Positions 1 through 11,267 of a stretch of DNA of 64,000 nucleotides are shown piece by piece. How positions within the stretch are numbered: position 1 is the first letter of the stretch; every line of letters starts with the position of its first letter. The stretch covers positions 1,344,001 to 1,408,000 of the forward strand of contig CAWCKY010000006.1 in NCBI GenBank assembly GCA_963796275.1, in the 5' to 3' direction. Source of the DNA: an uncultured Acidobacteriota bacterium (GTDB lineage Bacteria > Acidobacteriota > Blastocatellia > RBC074). A model generated the notes under the pieces. That model was given only the letters and a program-made list of their open reading frames with translations, did not search any database and was not told the DNA's origin. The position numbers were made by a program, and so were the translations under genes.

Positions 1-1612
1 CGAAATTGAAGCCTAGTCCCGCATATGTCGCCGCGTCTTTATTCGACGGGTCGAGCGTCAGTGTGTTCATGCTCGCGCCGAAGATGAATTCGTTGGTCAG
101 CGTCGGCGAAAGCGTTGTCGTGATGTTGAGCGCGCTGTTCCATGCGGGCGCCTGTTTGAAGACCAGGTTGTCGAGCGGGATCTGGTTGTTGCCGCCCGTC
201 CAGCCCAGGCCGTATGGCATCACCTGCACCTCGGAATCGCGCGTGTAGCGGATGAACGCTCGGGTATTCTCGGTCATGTTGTAATCGAGCCGGATGTTGT
301 ATTCGCGGCGCGGGTACGAGACGCTCAGTTGCGATTGATGGTTGAAGAGCGGAAACCCGGCGTCAGTATTGGCGAAGCTGTTGAATTTCCTGAGGATCGC
401 CACACCGTTCGGGTCGAACCGGTCGACCGGAATCACGTTGTTCGGGAAGCATGCCGCCTGATAGTTAATCGCCTGATTAGGATTGTTCGGCGTTGCCTCG
501 CAACGCCCACTCTCTCTGGGATCGCGGATATAAATTTTGTTGCCATTGCCATCGACTGTGGTGCTGAAATCTCCATTGAGTTCGGCGGCGGTGGGCACGC
601 GGGATTGCCGCGCTCCCTGCGGCAGCAACTGTTCTTGCCAGTCTTGCGACCAGAAGAAGAAGAGCTTGTCCTTCAGAATATTTTTCGGAAGCAAAACCGG
701 ACCGCCGATGTTATAGCCCTGATAGTTGTAGCGGTAAAAGTTGCGCGGTCGATTGGGGTATCCATCTTTTCGCACGCCTTCGGAATTGTTGAAGAAGCTA
801 TTGGCATTGAACTGCTCGTGGCGATGGAAGTAGTAGCCTGTGCCGTGAAAATTCTTCGTCCCCCCTTTCGTCACGATCTGCACTGAACCGCCGGCTGACC
901 GCCCATATTCGGCCTGATAGTTCGAAGTGAGTATCTTAAACTCGGCGATGTTGTCGAGCACCAACGCTACGTGCAGCGACCCATTTGACCCAGTATCCAG
1001 ATTGGTCGTGCCGTCGACCGTCAGGTTGTGCTGGTTGGAGCGCGTTCCGTTGATGTTAAAACCACCCGCCCCGGCGGGTCCCGCCGTCTGAGCGTTGACG
1101 AAACTCACTATTCCCGGTGTGAGTTTGACCAGGTCGAGAAAGTTCCGCCCGTTGAGCGCGAGGTTTTCGACCTGTTCGCCGCTGACGATCTGGCTCTGTT
1201 CACCGCTCTCAGTCTTCACCAGCAATTGCGCGGCGTCAGCAGTCACCTCGACCGTGTCCCCGATCTGACCGATTTCCAGATTGATTATCCCCGTGGATTG
1301 CCGGTCGGCTACTGCTATAACGATCCCTGTTTTTACAAATTTTTTGAAACCTGCTCCTTCGATCGAAACCGTATAGTTGCCCGGTTGAAGCGTAGTAAAT
1401 GAGAAAGTTCCATCCGAACCGGTTTTCGTTTCGAGTTGAAAATTTCTGGATGAGTCAGAGACGGTAACTTTGGCGCCGGCGACGGCATTGTTTTGCGGGT
1501 CCTGCACCGCGCCGGTCAAGGTTGCGCTCGTCTGTGCTGCTATCGTTGTGGCGGACAGCAGCAGAGGAAGCAGGGAAGTCAGCATCCGCTTGATCGACAA
1601 TTTTGTCAGCAT
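1..1612 (-). CDS. Oar-type TonB-dependent receptor with carboxypeptidase-regulatory-like N-terminal domain (5' part, runs off window edge)
   Basis: Manual minus-strand translation from ATG at 1612 (GGAGAG just upstream): MLTKLSIKRMLTSLLPLLLSATTIAAQTSATLTGAVQDPQNNAVAGAKVTV...LALNGRNFLDLVKLTPG. Same architecture as the TBDRs at 12439 and 54165. Not listed in the ORF track. Confidence 0.9.
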   Translation of the reverse strand, partial: MLTKLSIKRMLTSLLPLLLSATTIAAQTSATLTGAVQDPQNNAVAGAKVTVSDSSRNFQLETKTGSDGTFSFTTLQPGNYTVSIEGAGFKKFVKTGIVIAVADRQSTGIINLEIGQIGDTVEVTADAAQLLVKTESGEQSQIVSGEQVENLALNGRNFLDLVKLTPGIVSFVNAQTAGPAGAGGFNINGTRSNQHNLTVDGTTNLDTGSNGSLHVALVLDNIAEFKILTSNYQAEYGRSAGGSVQIVTKGGTKNFHGTGYYFHRHEQFNANSFFNNSEGVRKDGYPNRPRNFYRYNYQGYNIGGPVLLPKNILKDKLFFFWSQDWQEQLLPQGARQSRVPTAAELNGDFSTTVDGNGNKIYIRDPRESGRCEATPNNPNQAINYQAACFPNNVIPVDRFDPNGVAILRKFNSFANTDAGFPLFNHQSQLSVSYPRREYNIRLDYNMTENTRAFIRYTRDSEVQVMPYGLGWTGGNNQIPLDNLVFKQAPAWNSALNITTTLSPTLTNEFIFGASMNTLTLDPSNKDAATYAGLGFNF

Positions 1613-1773
1613 ATTTTCTCTCCGGTTCGATAACGCACGTGAGTAGAAGCGCGCGTAGCGAGATGAATTTTATTCGTACTGTGCGTGTGATGACCACGCG
1701 TGAAAGAATGATCTGCAATCAATTGCCGCCGGTGTAAGGCCGGCATCCCCAATGGGTTAATGTGGCTGGCGAC

Positions 1774-1802
1774 ATTATTGGCGGAGTATGAGAGTGTGTC
1801 AA
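1774..1802 (-). promoter_or_regulatory. sigma70-type promoter for the TBDR
   Basis: Minus strand TTGACA-N17-AATAAT, about 160 bp upstream of the ATG at 1612. Confidence 0.6.
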
Positions 1803-2152
1803 GATTTCTGGGGGGATAGCGGATCAGGGGGGAAGGGGGGCACACCTCAAAAAATCACATACAGGCAGAAAAACACGATAGAAGTTATGCCGGAGACGCA
1901 AAAATTATTTCTTTGAATTTTGATTGTTTGTAATTTTGTGGAGAATATTCATTGTCTTTCTATAAGGGTGAGTATCTAAGGTGGGCGCGATCGGCGACAA
2001 TTCTGCAACGCATTGATGGGCGTTCCCGTCTTTGCCAAGGGCCAAATACCAAAGGTCAAATTGGTTAGTGATTCGTTTTGGGTTTTAAAAACCCTGGTTT
2101 AGAAGGATGCTACAACCGTTTTCCGATATAATAGATTTTAGGATAAATATTT

Positions 2153-5100
2153 ATGCAGAAGTTGGCTGAAATTTGTATTCGCCGTCCTGTCTTTGCGGCG
2201 ATGATCGTTCTCGCTCTCGTTGTTGTCGGGACCGACAGTTATTTCAAACTGGGCATCGACCGATTTCCAACAATTGATGTTCCGACGGTCTATATCCGAG
2301 CCACACTGCCGGGTGGAGCGCCGGAGGAGATGGAATCGACGGTTGCGCAGCCGATCGAGGAGGTCGTCAATCGTATCGAAGGACTGGACCAGATGCGTTC
2401 GGTTTCTCGCCAAGGACAAGCATTCGTCATTCTCACTTTCGATCTGGAGCGAAATATCGATGTGGCCGCGCAGGATGTGCGCGATCGCGTTCAATCGGTT
2501 CTGCGGGATCTTCCGCCGGGAACCGACCCGCCGATCATCAACAAATCGGACAACGATTCAAGGCCGGTCATGACGATCGCGGTTTCGGGTGATCGCTCGC
2601 AGCGCGAACTGGCGGAGTTCGCCGAAAATCGGATTAAGGTCGATCTGGAACGTTCGATAGGCGTTGGTGAGGTTTACGTCTCGGGCGGGCCGAGTCGCGC
2701 GATCAACGTCTGGGTCGATGCCGATCGGCTGGCAGCCTATCGACTGCCTATCACGACGGTGCGGGAGGCGCTCATACGGCAAAACGCCGACCTGCCGGGC
2801 GGCAATATTGATGCGGGACAACGCGAGCTTAGCTTGCGGACGATGGGCAAGATCATCGAGCCGAAGGATTTCAATGATCTCGTCGTAACCACGATCAACG
2901 GGTCGCCGATTCGCATTCGCGACCTGGGTTATGCCGAAGACGGGACGAAAGAGCAGCGTTCGATCTCACGCTTGAACGGCGTTCCTTCCGTTTCTCTCGG
3001 CATCATTCGCCAATCGGGCGCCAACACCATCGCCGTGATCGAAGGTATCAAGGAAAAGATGGGGCGGCTCCGGGAGCAGCTTCCGCCGGACATCAAGCTG
3101 GATGTCATCGAAGATCAATCGATGTACATCTACAACGCGCTGCACGAGATAAACACTCACCTCATACTGGGAAGTATCTTCGCTTCTCTGGTTGTCTTCG
3201 CTTTCATGCGATCGTGGCGCTCGACGATCATTGCCGCAATCGCAATTCCCACTTCGGTCGTTTCAACGTTCGGGCTCATGCGCGCGCTCGATTTCACGCT
3301 GAATAGCGTCACCATGCTGGCCCTCGTGCTCATGGTCGGCGTGGTTATCGACGATGCGATCGTCGTTCTCGAAAATATCTTCCGTTTCGTAGAGGAGAAG
3401 CGCTTGCCGCCGATGATCGCGGCGAGAGAGGCGACCAAAGAGATAGGTTTGGCTGTCACATCGACCACGATGTCGCTGGTGGTCATCTTTCTTCCGGTCG
3501 GATTCATAGCTCGATCTCCGGCCGCTTTCTTTTCCAGTTCGGATTTACTGCGGCCTTTGCCATCCTCATCAGTCTATTGGTCTCGTTCACGCTGACGCCG
3601 ATGATGAGCGCCCGCCTCCTGCGTCTCGATGACGCCAAATCGGGCATGCGGCATGCGGGGCATACGGGGCATGCGGGGCATACGGGGCCGGCTGGAGCTG
3701 CGGCATCGCGAAAGGGCTTCTACTCCTATATCGACCGCACATACACGTGGCTGTTGCATCTGGTATTGCGACACCGGTTGATCGTTTCGGCCCTGGTTCT
3801 CGTAGTTATCTCTTCATCGGTCTTTCTCTACCAGCAAATCCGCCAGGAATACATCCCGACCAACGTTGACGAAGCGGAATTTACGGTAAACCTAGAAGCG
3901 CCCGAAGGCTCCAGTCTGGCGGCGATGAATGAAGCGATGCAGGCGGTCGAAAACGATTTGAAGGATATGCCGGAAGTGCGGCTGATGCTGGCTTCCGCCG
4001 GCGGCGGCAGCGGGTTTTCCTCGCGGGTCAACAGCGGCGAAATCTACATCCGAATTCCACCCCACGAAGAGCGGACGATAAACATGGCCAAGTTCTGGAC
4101 TTGCCTCAAGCGCGGCGAGCCGCTGGGGGTCTTCCGGGGAAATTATGCGGCGTCGGATGTAATGCAAAAGATTCGCCAGCGGCTGAGAAAGTATCATCAC
4201 CTGACCCCCTCCGTTCGTAACCCGCGATCCATCAACCTCGGGACAGGGCCTTCGGAGATCGATTTCAGCCTGCGCGGCCCTGAGCTCAATATTCTCTATG
4301 ATAACGCTATCAAGCTGCGCGATTGGGGAAATGAGAATGGTCTCCTCGATCCTGAGATCACGCTCAAACTCGACAAACCGGAAGTACGAGTGAGGATCGA
4401 TCGCGTCCGCGCGGCCGACCTCGGCGTCGACACTACTGATATCGCGACTGCGTTGCGGTTGATGGTCGGCGGTGACGAGCGAGTCTCGCGATTTCGCGAT
4501 GAGACGCTCAACGAAGATTATGATGTCGAACTGCGGTTACAGCAGGGGGATCGCAACGATCAAGCGACGATCTCACGGCTTTTCGTGCCATCGAGCGACG
4601 CCGGTTTGGTGCGCCTCGACAATCTGGTCACCCTGGAAGAGACCACTTCTCCTTCGCGTATTGACCGGCTCGATCGCCAGCGTGTTATAGGTGTGCGGTC
4701 ATCGATCGCAGAGGGCTATGGTATGGCCGATAGAATGCAGGCGATGAGAGAGAAGTTTGCCGATTTAGGGCTGCCGCCGGAGTACAACTTGGCGGTTGGC
4801 GGACGCGGGCGTGAACTCGAGCGTACATTCACCGAATTCATCCTCGCATTCCTGCTTTCGATCGCGTTTATGTACATGATCCTCGCGTCGCAGTTCGAGA
4901 GCGTCATTCACCCGATTACGATCCTGCTCAGTCTGCCGATCTCCGTACCGTTCGCGCTGCTCTCGCTCTGGTTAACGGATAACACGCTGAACCTATATTC
5001 CGCGCTGGGCATTCTGGTCCTTTTCGGGGTGGTCAAGAAGAACTCGATCCTGCAGATCGATCACACGCTCAACTTGTTACGCAGTGGAATGGAACGCCAT

Positions 5101-5430
5101 GAAGCCATACTGCAGGCTAACCGCGACCGGTTGCGTCCGATACTTATGACAACCCTCGCCCTGGTGGCAGGCATGCTGCCGCTCGCGCTCGGGACCGGGC
5201 CCGGTGCCGAAGAGCGTCGCTCGATCGCTATTGTGGTTATCGGCGGACAGAGCCTGTCTTTGTTGCTGACGTTGCTTGCGACGCCGGTGGCCTATTCCAT
5301 CTTCGATGACATCAGCGCCTGGACGCGCCGGCGAGCGTTTGCGCGAAATTCTGCCGCACCGGGTGAGCGAATGAGCGATAAAGACACTGTCACCAAAGCC
5401 GGCACAGCTCACACTGAAGTTGGTGATTAG
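2153..5430 (+). CDS. RND efflux permease, AcrB/AcrD/AcrF family (split by a 1-nt deletion near 3508)
   Basis: ORFs 2153-3595 and 3577-5430 join. Motifs IRRPVFA, GVVIDDAIVVLENI, GVVKKNSIL, DRLRPILMTT. Restoring one G gives GFMSSISGRF. Confidence 0.93.
3651..3686 (+). repeat. in-frame tandem repeat (GCATGCGGGGCATACGGG)x2 encoding HAGHTGHAGHTG
   Basis: Four 9-mer units GCATRCGGG within the RND central loop. Confidence 0.85.
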
Positions 5431-5479
5431 TTTTCAGCTTTAGGGTTTTCAGGTTTCGGATCTGTCAAAGGTAAATACT

Positions 5480-5626
5480 GTCAACAACCTCCGGCTCTCA
5501 ACCGTCACTGATGCGACTGGACAAACACACCTGTCTACCGAGGATTGAAACAGACGCCTCAGGCCGGTTTACCAGGCTTTCCCGCGGGGCAGATAGGCCC
5601 CAGCCGTTTGACGGCTGGTAGATTGA
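5480..5626. mobile_element. small non-autonomous IS200/IS605-like remnant
   Basis: Starts GTCAACAACCTCCGGCT and ends with hairpin CCAGCCGT-TTG-ACGGCTGG followed by TAGATTGA. Resembles IS200/IS605 ends with subterminal hairpins; no ORF. Confidence 0.45.
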
Positions 5627-5917
5627 AGGATATATCCTTAAGTCGTTACGCGACGAAGATAGACATTTCGTTGGATCTCACGGGCTAAACTTATATCGGC
5701 ATTTCGGCGAAAACCCGCGGCTTTCTAAATTCACCCGCACGAAACGAGTAGACCTACCTACTTAATACCGGAAAATACTGGCAATATCGCAAAATGGTCC
5801 CCGGCGTATGACACTGCCCCGGACCGCCATTAACTTACTGAAATTTAAATAAAGGTCCGTCCCGGATGTGGGAAAGGGGAATAAAAAGAAATAGAATCTG
5901 TTTGCCCAAGTTTTATA

Positions 5918-5933
5918 TGTGACATATGACACA
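5918..5933. promoter_or_regulatory. CRP/FNR-like site
   Basis: TGTGA-CATATG-ACACA, one mismatch from TGTGA-N6-TCACA, about 60 bp upstream of 5996. Confidence 0.35.
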
Positions 5934-5995
5934 CGCCTATTTTTATGCTAAAACTTTAAACACTTGCCCTCAATCTATGCATAGATAAATCCGGC

Positions 5996-6814
5996 ATGTT
6001 TAATTTTCTCCAACTTCTTGCTTCAACAATTCTATATCGCCCTTATGTATTCATTTTTTTTGGATGTTTTCTATTCATAGCCATCACCACGATAGGATGG
6101 AGGAGGACGATAGTTTTCACGGGGACGGCATATACGATAGCGTTCATCTGTGAGTGGAGTTCAGCAGTGGCGGGCACGGGAATTCCTTTCGGCCTCTATC
6201 ATTATATTCCTGCCACTATAGGGAAAGAGCTTTGGATAGCGGGGGTGCCCTTCATGGACTCGCTTTCTTTCACCTTTCTCTCCTATATCAGCTGGGAACT
6301 GTCTTCGCTATTACTCGGCGAACTGAAGGCGAGCCAGGGAGACTTGCAGATAGTCAACGGTGAACAGACCAGAAAAACGTGGCCGGCGGCTTTCCTCGCA
6401 TCATTTCTGATGATGTATCTAGACATCATCATCGATCCGGTGGCTCTACGCGGTGATCGCTGGTTCCTCGGGAAAATTTATTACTATCCCGACGGAGGGG
6501 TATACTTCGGGGTTACCCTAGCCAACTTCATCGGGTGGTATATTGTTTGTTTCGTCATTATCCGAATCAATCTCTTATTGGAAAGAATCGTTTTTGCCAA
6601 GACAAAAACTCTTTCAGCCGGTGTGCGCGCTTATCGTTACAAGGCGCTGGGTCCTGTCGGACTCTACCTGGGCATCCTCGGATTCAACTTGTTTATGACA
6701 TTCTGGATCGGCGAGTTGCTCCTGGGTATTGTAGGCGTGATAGTCATAATGCCTTTAGCAGTTATGGTAATGCTGGCTATACACACGAATCGAGTTCAAC
6801 TGAATGCTTGCTGA
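5996..6814 (+). CDS. carotenoid biosynthesis membrane protein (DUF422/CruF-like)
   Basis: Multi-TM protein with GIPFGLYHY, GVP, DIIIDPVA and GVTLANFIGWY. Confidence 0.75.
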   Translation: MFNFLQLLASTILYRPYVFIFFGCFLFIAITTIGWRRTIVFTGTAYTIAFICEWSSAVAGTGIPFGLYHYIPATIGKELWIAGVPFMDSLSFTFLSYISWELSSLLLGELKASQGDLQIVNGEQTRKTWPAAFLASFLMMYLDIIIDPVALRGDRWFLGKIYYYPDGGVYFGVTLANFIGWYIVCFVIIRINLLLERIVFAKTKTLSAGVRAYRYKALGPVGLYLGILGFNLFMTFWIGELLLGIVGVIVIMPLAVMVMLAIHTNRVQLNAC

Positions 6815-6827
6815 GGATAAATATTAA

Positions 6828-7568
6828 GTGAGAGAAACCGGATTAAATCCATTGTTATTACCCGTGGTCTTCGCTCAGGGGCTCTGGGTGAAGCGCGTCA
6901 CTCCGCGTCTGCCCGATGCTGCAGGACCTAATGAAGGGATTGTGACGGGTACGACCCCGACTTTCAGGTTGATTATGCTCGGCGAATCGACGGTGGCGGG
7001 CATCGGCGCGCCGACGCACGAATTCGCGTTGACCGGGCAGACGGCGAAAGCTTTCGCGCGACTGAGCGGACGCGCAGTCCATTGGGTGGCGCTCGGACGT
7101 TCAGGGGCAAATGCGCGAATCGCGCTTGCCGAGCTCGCGCCGAAACTGGCAGGCAGACGAGCGGATGCCGTCGTCATTGCGCTCGGAGTCAACGATACGA
7201 CGGGACTTAACAGCGTAAAGCGGTGGAAAGAGGATATTCGTAAACTAATAGTCGCTATCCGCAAAGAGCTGGGAGACGTAAGGATCATCATTTCAGGGCC
7301 GCCCCCGCTCGGCTCATTTCCCGCATTCCCGAATCTTCTCAGGCTTTTTCTCGGGTCCAGGTCGAGGTTGCTCGATCAGGGATTGTCGCAACTCGCGCCG
7401 ACGATGCATAACATCGTGCATGCACCGATGATCAAGGAACTGCACGATCGTCATTTTTGCGAAGATAAATTTCATCCGAGCACTGCAGGTTATACCGCGT
7501 GGGGTGAGTATCTGAGCCATTACATCTCGGAAAATAGCGGGCAGTGGGCAGCTGGCGGCAGGCAGTGA
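6828..7568 (+). CDS. SGNH/GDSL hydrolase
   Basis: Blocks LGESTVAG, GRSGA, LGVND, DKFHPS. Confidence 0.9.
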   Translation: MRETGLNPLLLPVVFAQGLWVKRVTPRLPDAAGPNEGIVTGTTPTFRLIMLGESTVAGIGAPTHEFALTGQTAKAFARLSGRAVHWVALGRSGANARIALAELAPKLAGRRADAVVIALGVNDTTGLNSVKRWKEDIRKLIVAIRKELGDVRIIISGPPPLGSFPAFPNLLRLFLGSRSRLLDQGLSQLAPTMHNIVHAPMIKELHDRHFCEDKFHPSTAGYTAWGEYLSHYISENSGQWAAGGRQ

Positions 7569-7622
7569 TGATCATTTACCGGCCGACCGTCTCATCGACC
7601 ATTTGTCCAGAGGAACTATTCG

Positions 7623-8792
7623 ATGTTCGTCACCAATCTAGAATGCTCGAAAACCGGCAACACCTGCGAGCCGAACAGGCTCTATAATCTTTCGGATGCG
7701 GGATATCCGCTGCTCGTCCGCTATGATCTTCGAGAAGCAGCGAAGACCCTCACGAAGAATAGCCTTAAGGGGCGTGTGGCATCGCTCTGGCGTTACCGTG
7801 AAGTCTTGCCGGTCGTCGATGATGGCAACATAGTCACACTCGGTGAAGGCTGGACACCACTAGTTCACGCGCATCGACTCGGCGGGAGCTTGCGGATGCG
7901 CGAGCTCTACATCAAGGACGAATCGGTCAATCCGACAGGGGCATTCAAAGCTCGCGGTTTATGCCTGGCTGTTTCAATGGCCAGGGAGCTGGGAGTCAAG
8001 AAAGTTGCTATTCCTTCGGCGGGAAACGCGGCAGGGGCGATGGCCGCTTATGCGGCGCGCGCGGGTATGGAGGCGCATATCTTCATGCCTCGGGACACGC
8101 CGGCGGCGAACCGCATCGAGTGCGTTGAAATGGGCGCTCACGTCACTCTGCTCGATGGTTTGATCACGGACTGCGGCGCGGAGGTAGCGCGGCGCAAAGG
8201 GGCCGAAGGATGGTTTGACGTATCGACTCTCAAGGAGCCGTATAGGGTCGAGGGGAAAAAGACCCTGGGCTACGAGCTGGCCGAACAATTCGATTGGGAG
8301 CTGCCGGACGTCATTTTATATCCGACCGGAGGCGGAACGGGCCTCATCGGGATGTGGAAGGCCTTCGACGAGATGGAACAGATGGGCTGGATAGGCGGCG
8401 CACGGCCCGCGAATGGTAGACGGTGCAGGCGGATGGCTGCGCTCCCATCGTTCGCGCTTTTGAGAACGGCTGGGACGATGCGCCAGAGATTTGAAAACGC
8501 ATCGACTGTCGCATCGGGACTCCGCGTTCCGCGCGCTATCGGAGATTTCATTATGCTCGAGATATTGCGAAAAAGCCGTGGCGGTGCGGTCGCCGTAACG
8601 GATGAGGAGATGATCGCGGCGGCGCGCGAGATCGGCTCCGCAGAAGGAATATTTTGTGCGCCTGAGGGAGCGGCGTGTCTGCCTGCGCTTCGGAAATTGG
8701 TAGATCGGGGAGAGGTTACAGAAGCGGAGCGCGTGGTGTTGTTCAATACCGGCGCCGGCATTAAATATCTGGAGGCTTTTTCCGGATCTTGA
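7623..8792 (+). CDS. thrC: threonine synthase family PLP enzyme
   Basis: [18 protein letters not shown] (PLP Lys), SAGNAA, PTGGGTG. Three +1 insertions between about 8407 and 8490 scramble roughly 27 codons. Confidence 0.85.
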   Translation: MFVTNLECSKTGNTCEPNRLYNLSDAGYPLLVRYDLREAAKTLTKNSLKGRVASLWRYREVLPVVDDGNIVTLGEGWTPLVHAHRLGGSLRMRELYIKDESVNPTGAFKARGLCLAVSMARELGVKKVAIPSAGNAAGAMAAYAARAGMEAHIFMPRDTPAANRIECVEMGAHVTLLDGLITDCGAEVARRKGAEGWFDVSTLKEPYRVEGKKTLGYELAEQFDWELPDVILYPTGGGTGLIGMWKAFDEMEQMGWIGGARPANGRRCRRMAALPSFALLRTAGTMRQRFENASTVASGLRVPRAIGDFIMLEILRKSRGGAVAVTDEEMIAAAREIGSAEGIFCAPEGAACLPALRKLVDRGEVTEAERVVLFNTGAGIKYLEAFSGS

Positions 8793-9035
8793 TGTAAAGA
8801 CTGGCCACGAAGAAAACATTGTTACAAGTCCACGGAGCAAGGGGGAGAACCTCCCGGGATTGATACAGATGCGGGCATCGGTATTCCCAGGCTCCCGGCA
8901 ATCTGTCTCCAGGGCTTCGCTTATACAATTCGATTCCTGTGCCTCTGTGGCCAAAGGATTGCGGATTATTTACCTCTCTTGGCATAATGTCACTGCTCAA
9001 TCCACTAGATTCAGGCAAGGAGGACCATACCAAAA

Positions 9036-10491
9036 ATGAGGGACATCTATCGTCGATCAATGACTCGCCGTGAGTTGATCTTTCGTGCGGGAACTGGATT
9101 TGGCGGGCTCGCGCTTACTAGTTTACTCAGCGGTGATGGGCTGCTTGCGGCTTCACAGGGAGAAAGCGACGACTCGAAACAGCGCCGCATAAATCCGCTG
9201 GCTGCGAAGCAACCTCACTTCAAGGAGCGCGCGAAGTCGGTGATCTTTCTCTTTATGTACGGTGGGCCGAGCCATGTCCGACCTGCTCGACCCCAAACCG
9301 GAGCTCATACGCAATCATGGCAAACCGATGACCGGGAAGGGGGAGATAGATGTTTTCTTCGGCAACCCCGGCAATTTGATGGCCTCGCCGTACAAGTTCA
9401 AAAAACACGGCGGGTGCGGCACTGAGGTCTCTGAGCTTTACCCCAACCTGGCTGAATGCGTCGACGATCTATGTCTGATTCGATCGCTCTACTCCACCAG
9501 CAATAACCATTCGCCCGCGATATTCCACATGAATAGCGGCAATATGCGACCGGGGAATCCGAGCCTGGGTTCGTGGGTAACTTATGGGTTAGGCAGCTTC
9601 AACGACAACCTGCCGTCTTACATCGTCATGTACGATTGGCGAGGAGGACCGATTGGAGGCGCGCCCAACTGGAGTTCGGGTTTCATGCCCGCCGCATTTC
9701 AGGGGACGGCGTTTCGTTCCGGCAGCGTTCCGATCGTCGATCTGAACCCGCCCAAATGGGTCGATCCGCATTTGCAACGCGCCCAGATCGATTTCGTTCA
9801 AAAACTGAACCAGGACCACTTGGAGAAACACGCGGGAAATTCCGATCTCGATGCCCGCATCGCATCTTACGAACTCGCATTTCAGATGCAAACACACGCG
9901 CCGGAGGCTGTCGATATATCGAAAGAGTCGGAGGCCACCAAGAAGCTCTACGGGGTCGGCGAAAAGACGACCGATCACTTCGGACGCCAGTGTTTGATCG
10001 CTCGCCGGCTGGTCGAGCGCGGCGTGCGATTCATTCAACTATACAGCGGCGGCGGTCATCAGCAGGAATCCTGGGATGCGCATTACGGTCTGGACGAGAA
10101 CCATCGGTTGCATTGCGCTGAGACAGACAAGCCGATGGCTGGGTTGATCAAAGATTTGAAAGCACGAGGGTTGCTCGATTCGACTCTGGTTGTCTGGGGC
10201 GGAGAGTTCGGCCGCATGCCGATTTCCCAGTCGGCGATCGGACGCGATCACAATCCGCACGGGTTCACCATGTGGCTCACCGGCGGAGGGATCAAGGGCG
10301 GCCATGTGATCGGGGCGACCGATGAATTCGGTTATAAGGCGGTCGTGGAACCATACTCGGTCCACGACATGCACGCGACGATTTTGCATGCTATGGGACT
10401 CGATCATCGAAAGCTGAATTATTACTATGGCGGAAGAGATCAGCGCCTGACGAACTTCGGCGGGGACCCAATTCTCAAAGTATTCGCATAG
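9036..10491 (+). CDS. DUF1501 protein with Tat-like leader (extra C near 9277)
   Basis: MTRRELI leader, AKSVIFLFMYGGPSH(VD), ARRLVERGVRFIQ, WGGEFGRMP, GRDHNP. Confidence 0.9.
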
Positions 10492-10498
10492 GAACCAA

Positions 10499-10595
10499 GT
10501 CATTTTCCGTTTTCCAATTGTCATTTTCCCATTGTCATTCACCGTTTGCCATTCCAATGACAAACGGTCAATGGCAATGGAAAATGGCAAATGAT
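10499..10595. repeat. inverted array of degenerate heptamers (CATTTTC-like / AAATGGC-like)
   Basis: CATTTTC CGTTTTC CAATTGT CATTTTC..., then complementary AATGGC AATGGA AAATGGC AAATGAT up to the next ATG. Confidence 0.75.
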
Positions 10596-11267
10596 ATGAG
10601 AGCTCTTGATGATTCATTTTGGCATTGGAAGTTTGAGCCCGAGCAGATGGACAGGCTGTGGGCGCGTGGATGGCGCCATTTCGGCGCCTACTTCTTTCGC
10701 TATTCAATGGCGCTCCACTGGGGCGGGATCAATACGGTCACGCCTCTGCGAGTCGATCTGGCGAATTTCTCGTTCACTCGCAGCCAGAAACGAATCATTG
10801 CGAAGAATCGTGATGTCGAGGTCGTCATCCGCGAGACGTTCATAGACGAGACCAAGGAGAATCTGTTCCACCGCCATTGCAAGCGATTTAAAGACAATAT
10901 CCCCGATTCAATCTACGATTTCCTCACGGAAGAGCCGGCGACCGTCCCGTGCCGAAACCATGAGATCAGCGTTTATGATGGCGACGAACTGATCGCCGTA
11001 AGTTTTCTAGACGTGGGAAGCGAGGCCACATCGGCCGTTTATGCGATGTTCGAGCCGTCGGTATCGCGGCGCAGTCCGGGGATTTTCACAATGCTCGAAG
11101 CTATCCGTTATTCGCGGGAGCTTGGCTGCCGTTACTACTATCCTGGCTATGCTTATCGCGAAACTTCTCTGTACGATTACAAAAAGAATTTTTCGGGGCT
11201 TGAATATTTGGATTGGGATGCTGGCTGGCAACAATATACGAAAGATAATGGCTATAAACATCTATGA
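10596..11267 (+). CDS. arginyl-tRNA-protein transferase (ATE/Bpt)-like GNAT protein
   Basis: WARGWRHFG, FTRSQKRI, SAVYAMFEP, SPGIFTML, YYYPGY, YDYKKNF. The ORF-track N-terminal extension is repeat-derived. Confidence 0.8.
   Translation: MRALDDSFWHWKFEPEQMDRLWARGWRHFGAYFFRYSMALHWGGINTVTPLRVDLANFSFTRSQKRIIAKNRDVEVVIRETFIDETKENLFHRHCKRFKDNIPDSIYDFLTEEPATVPCRNHEISVYDGDELIAVSFLDVGSEATSAVYAMFEPSVSRRSPGIFTMLEAIRYSRELGCRYYYPGYAYRETSLYDYKKNFSGLEYLDWDAGWQQYTKDNGYKHL

Noticed and set aside
6-1402. Plus-strand ORFs 6-248, 329-886 and 1028-1402
   Set aside because: They are antisense shadows of the minus-strand TBDR.
5630-5900. Possible riboswitch or ncRNA in the long intergenic region
   Set aside because: Only weak hairpins, with no family consensus I can recognise; a covariance-model search is needed.
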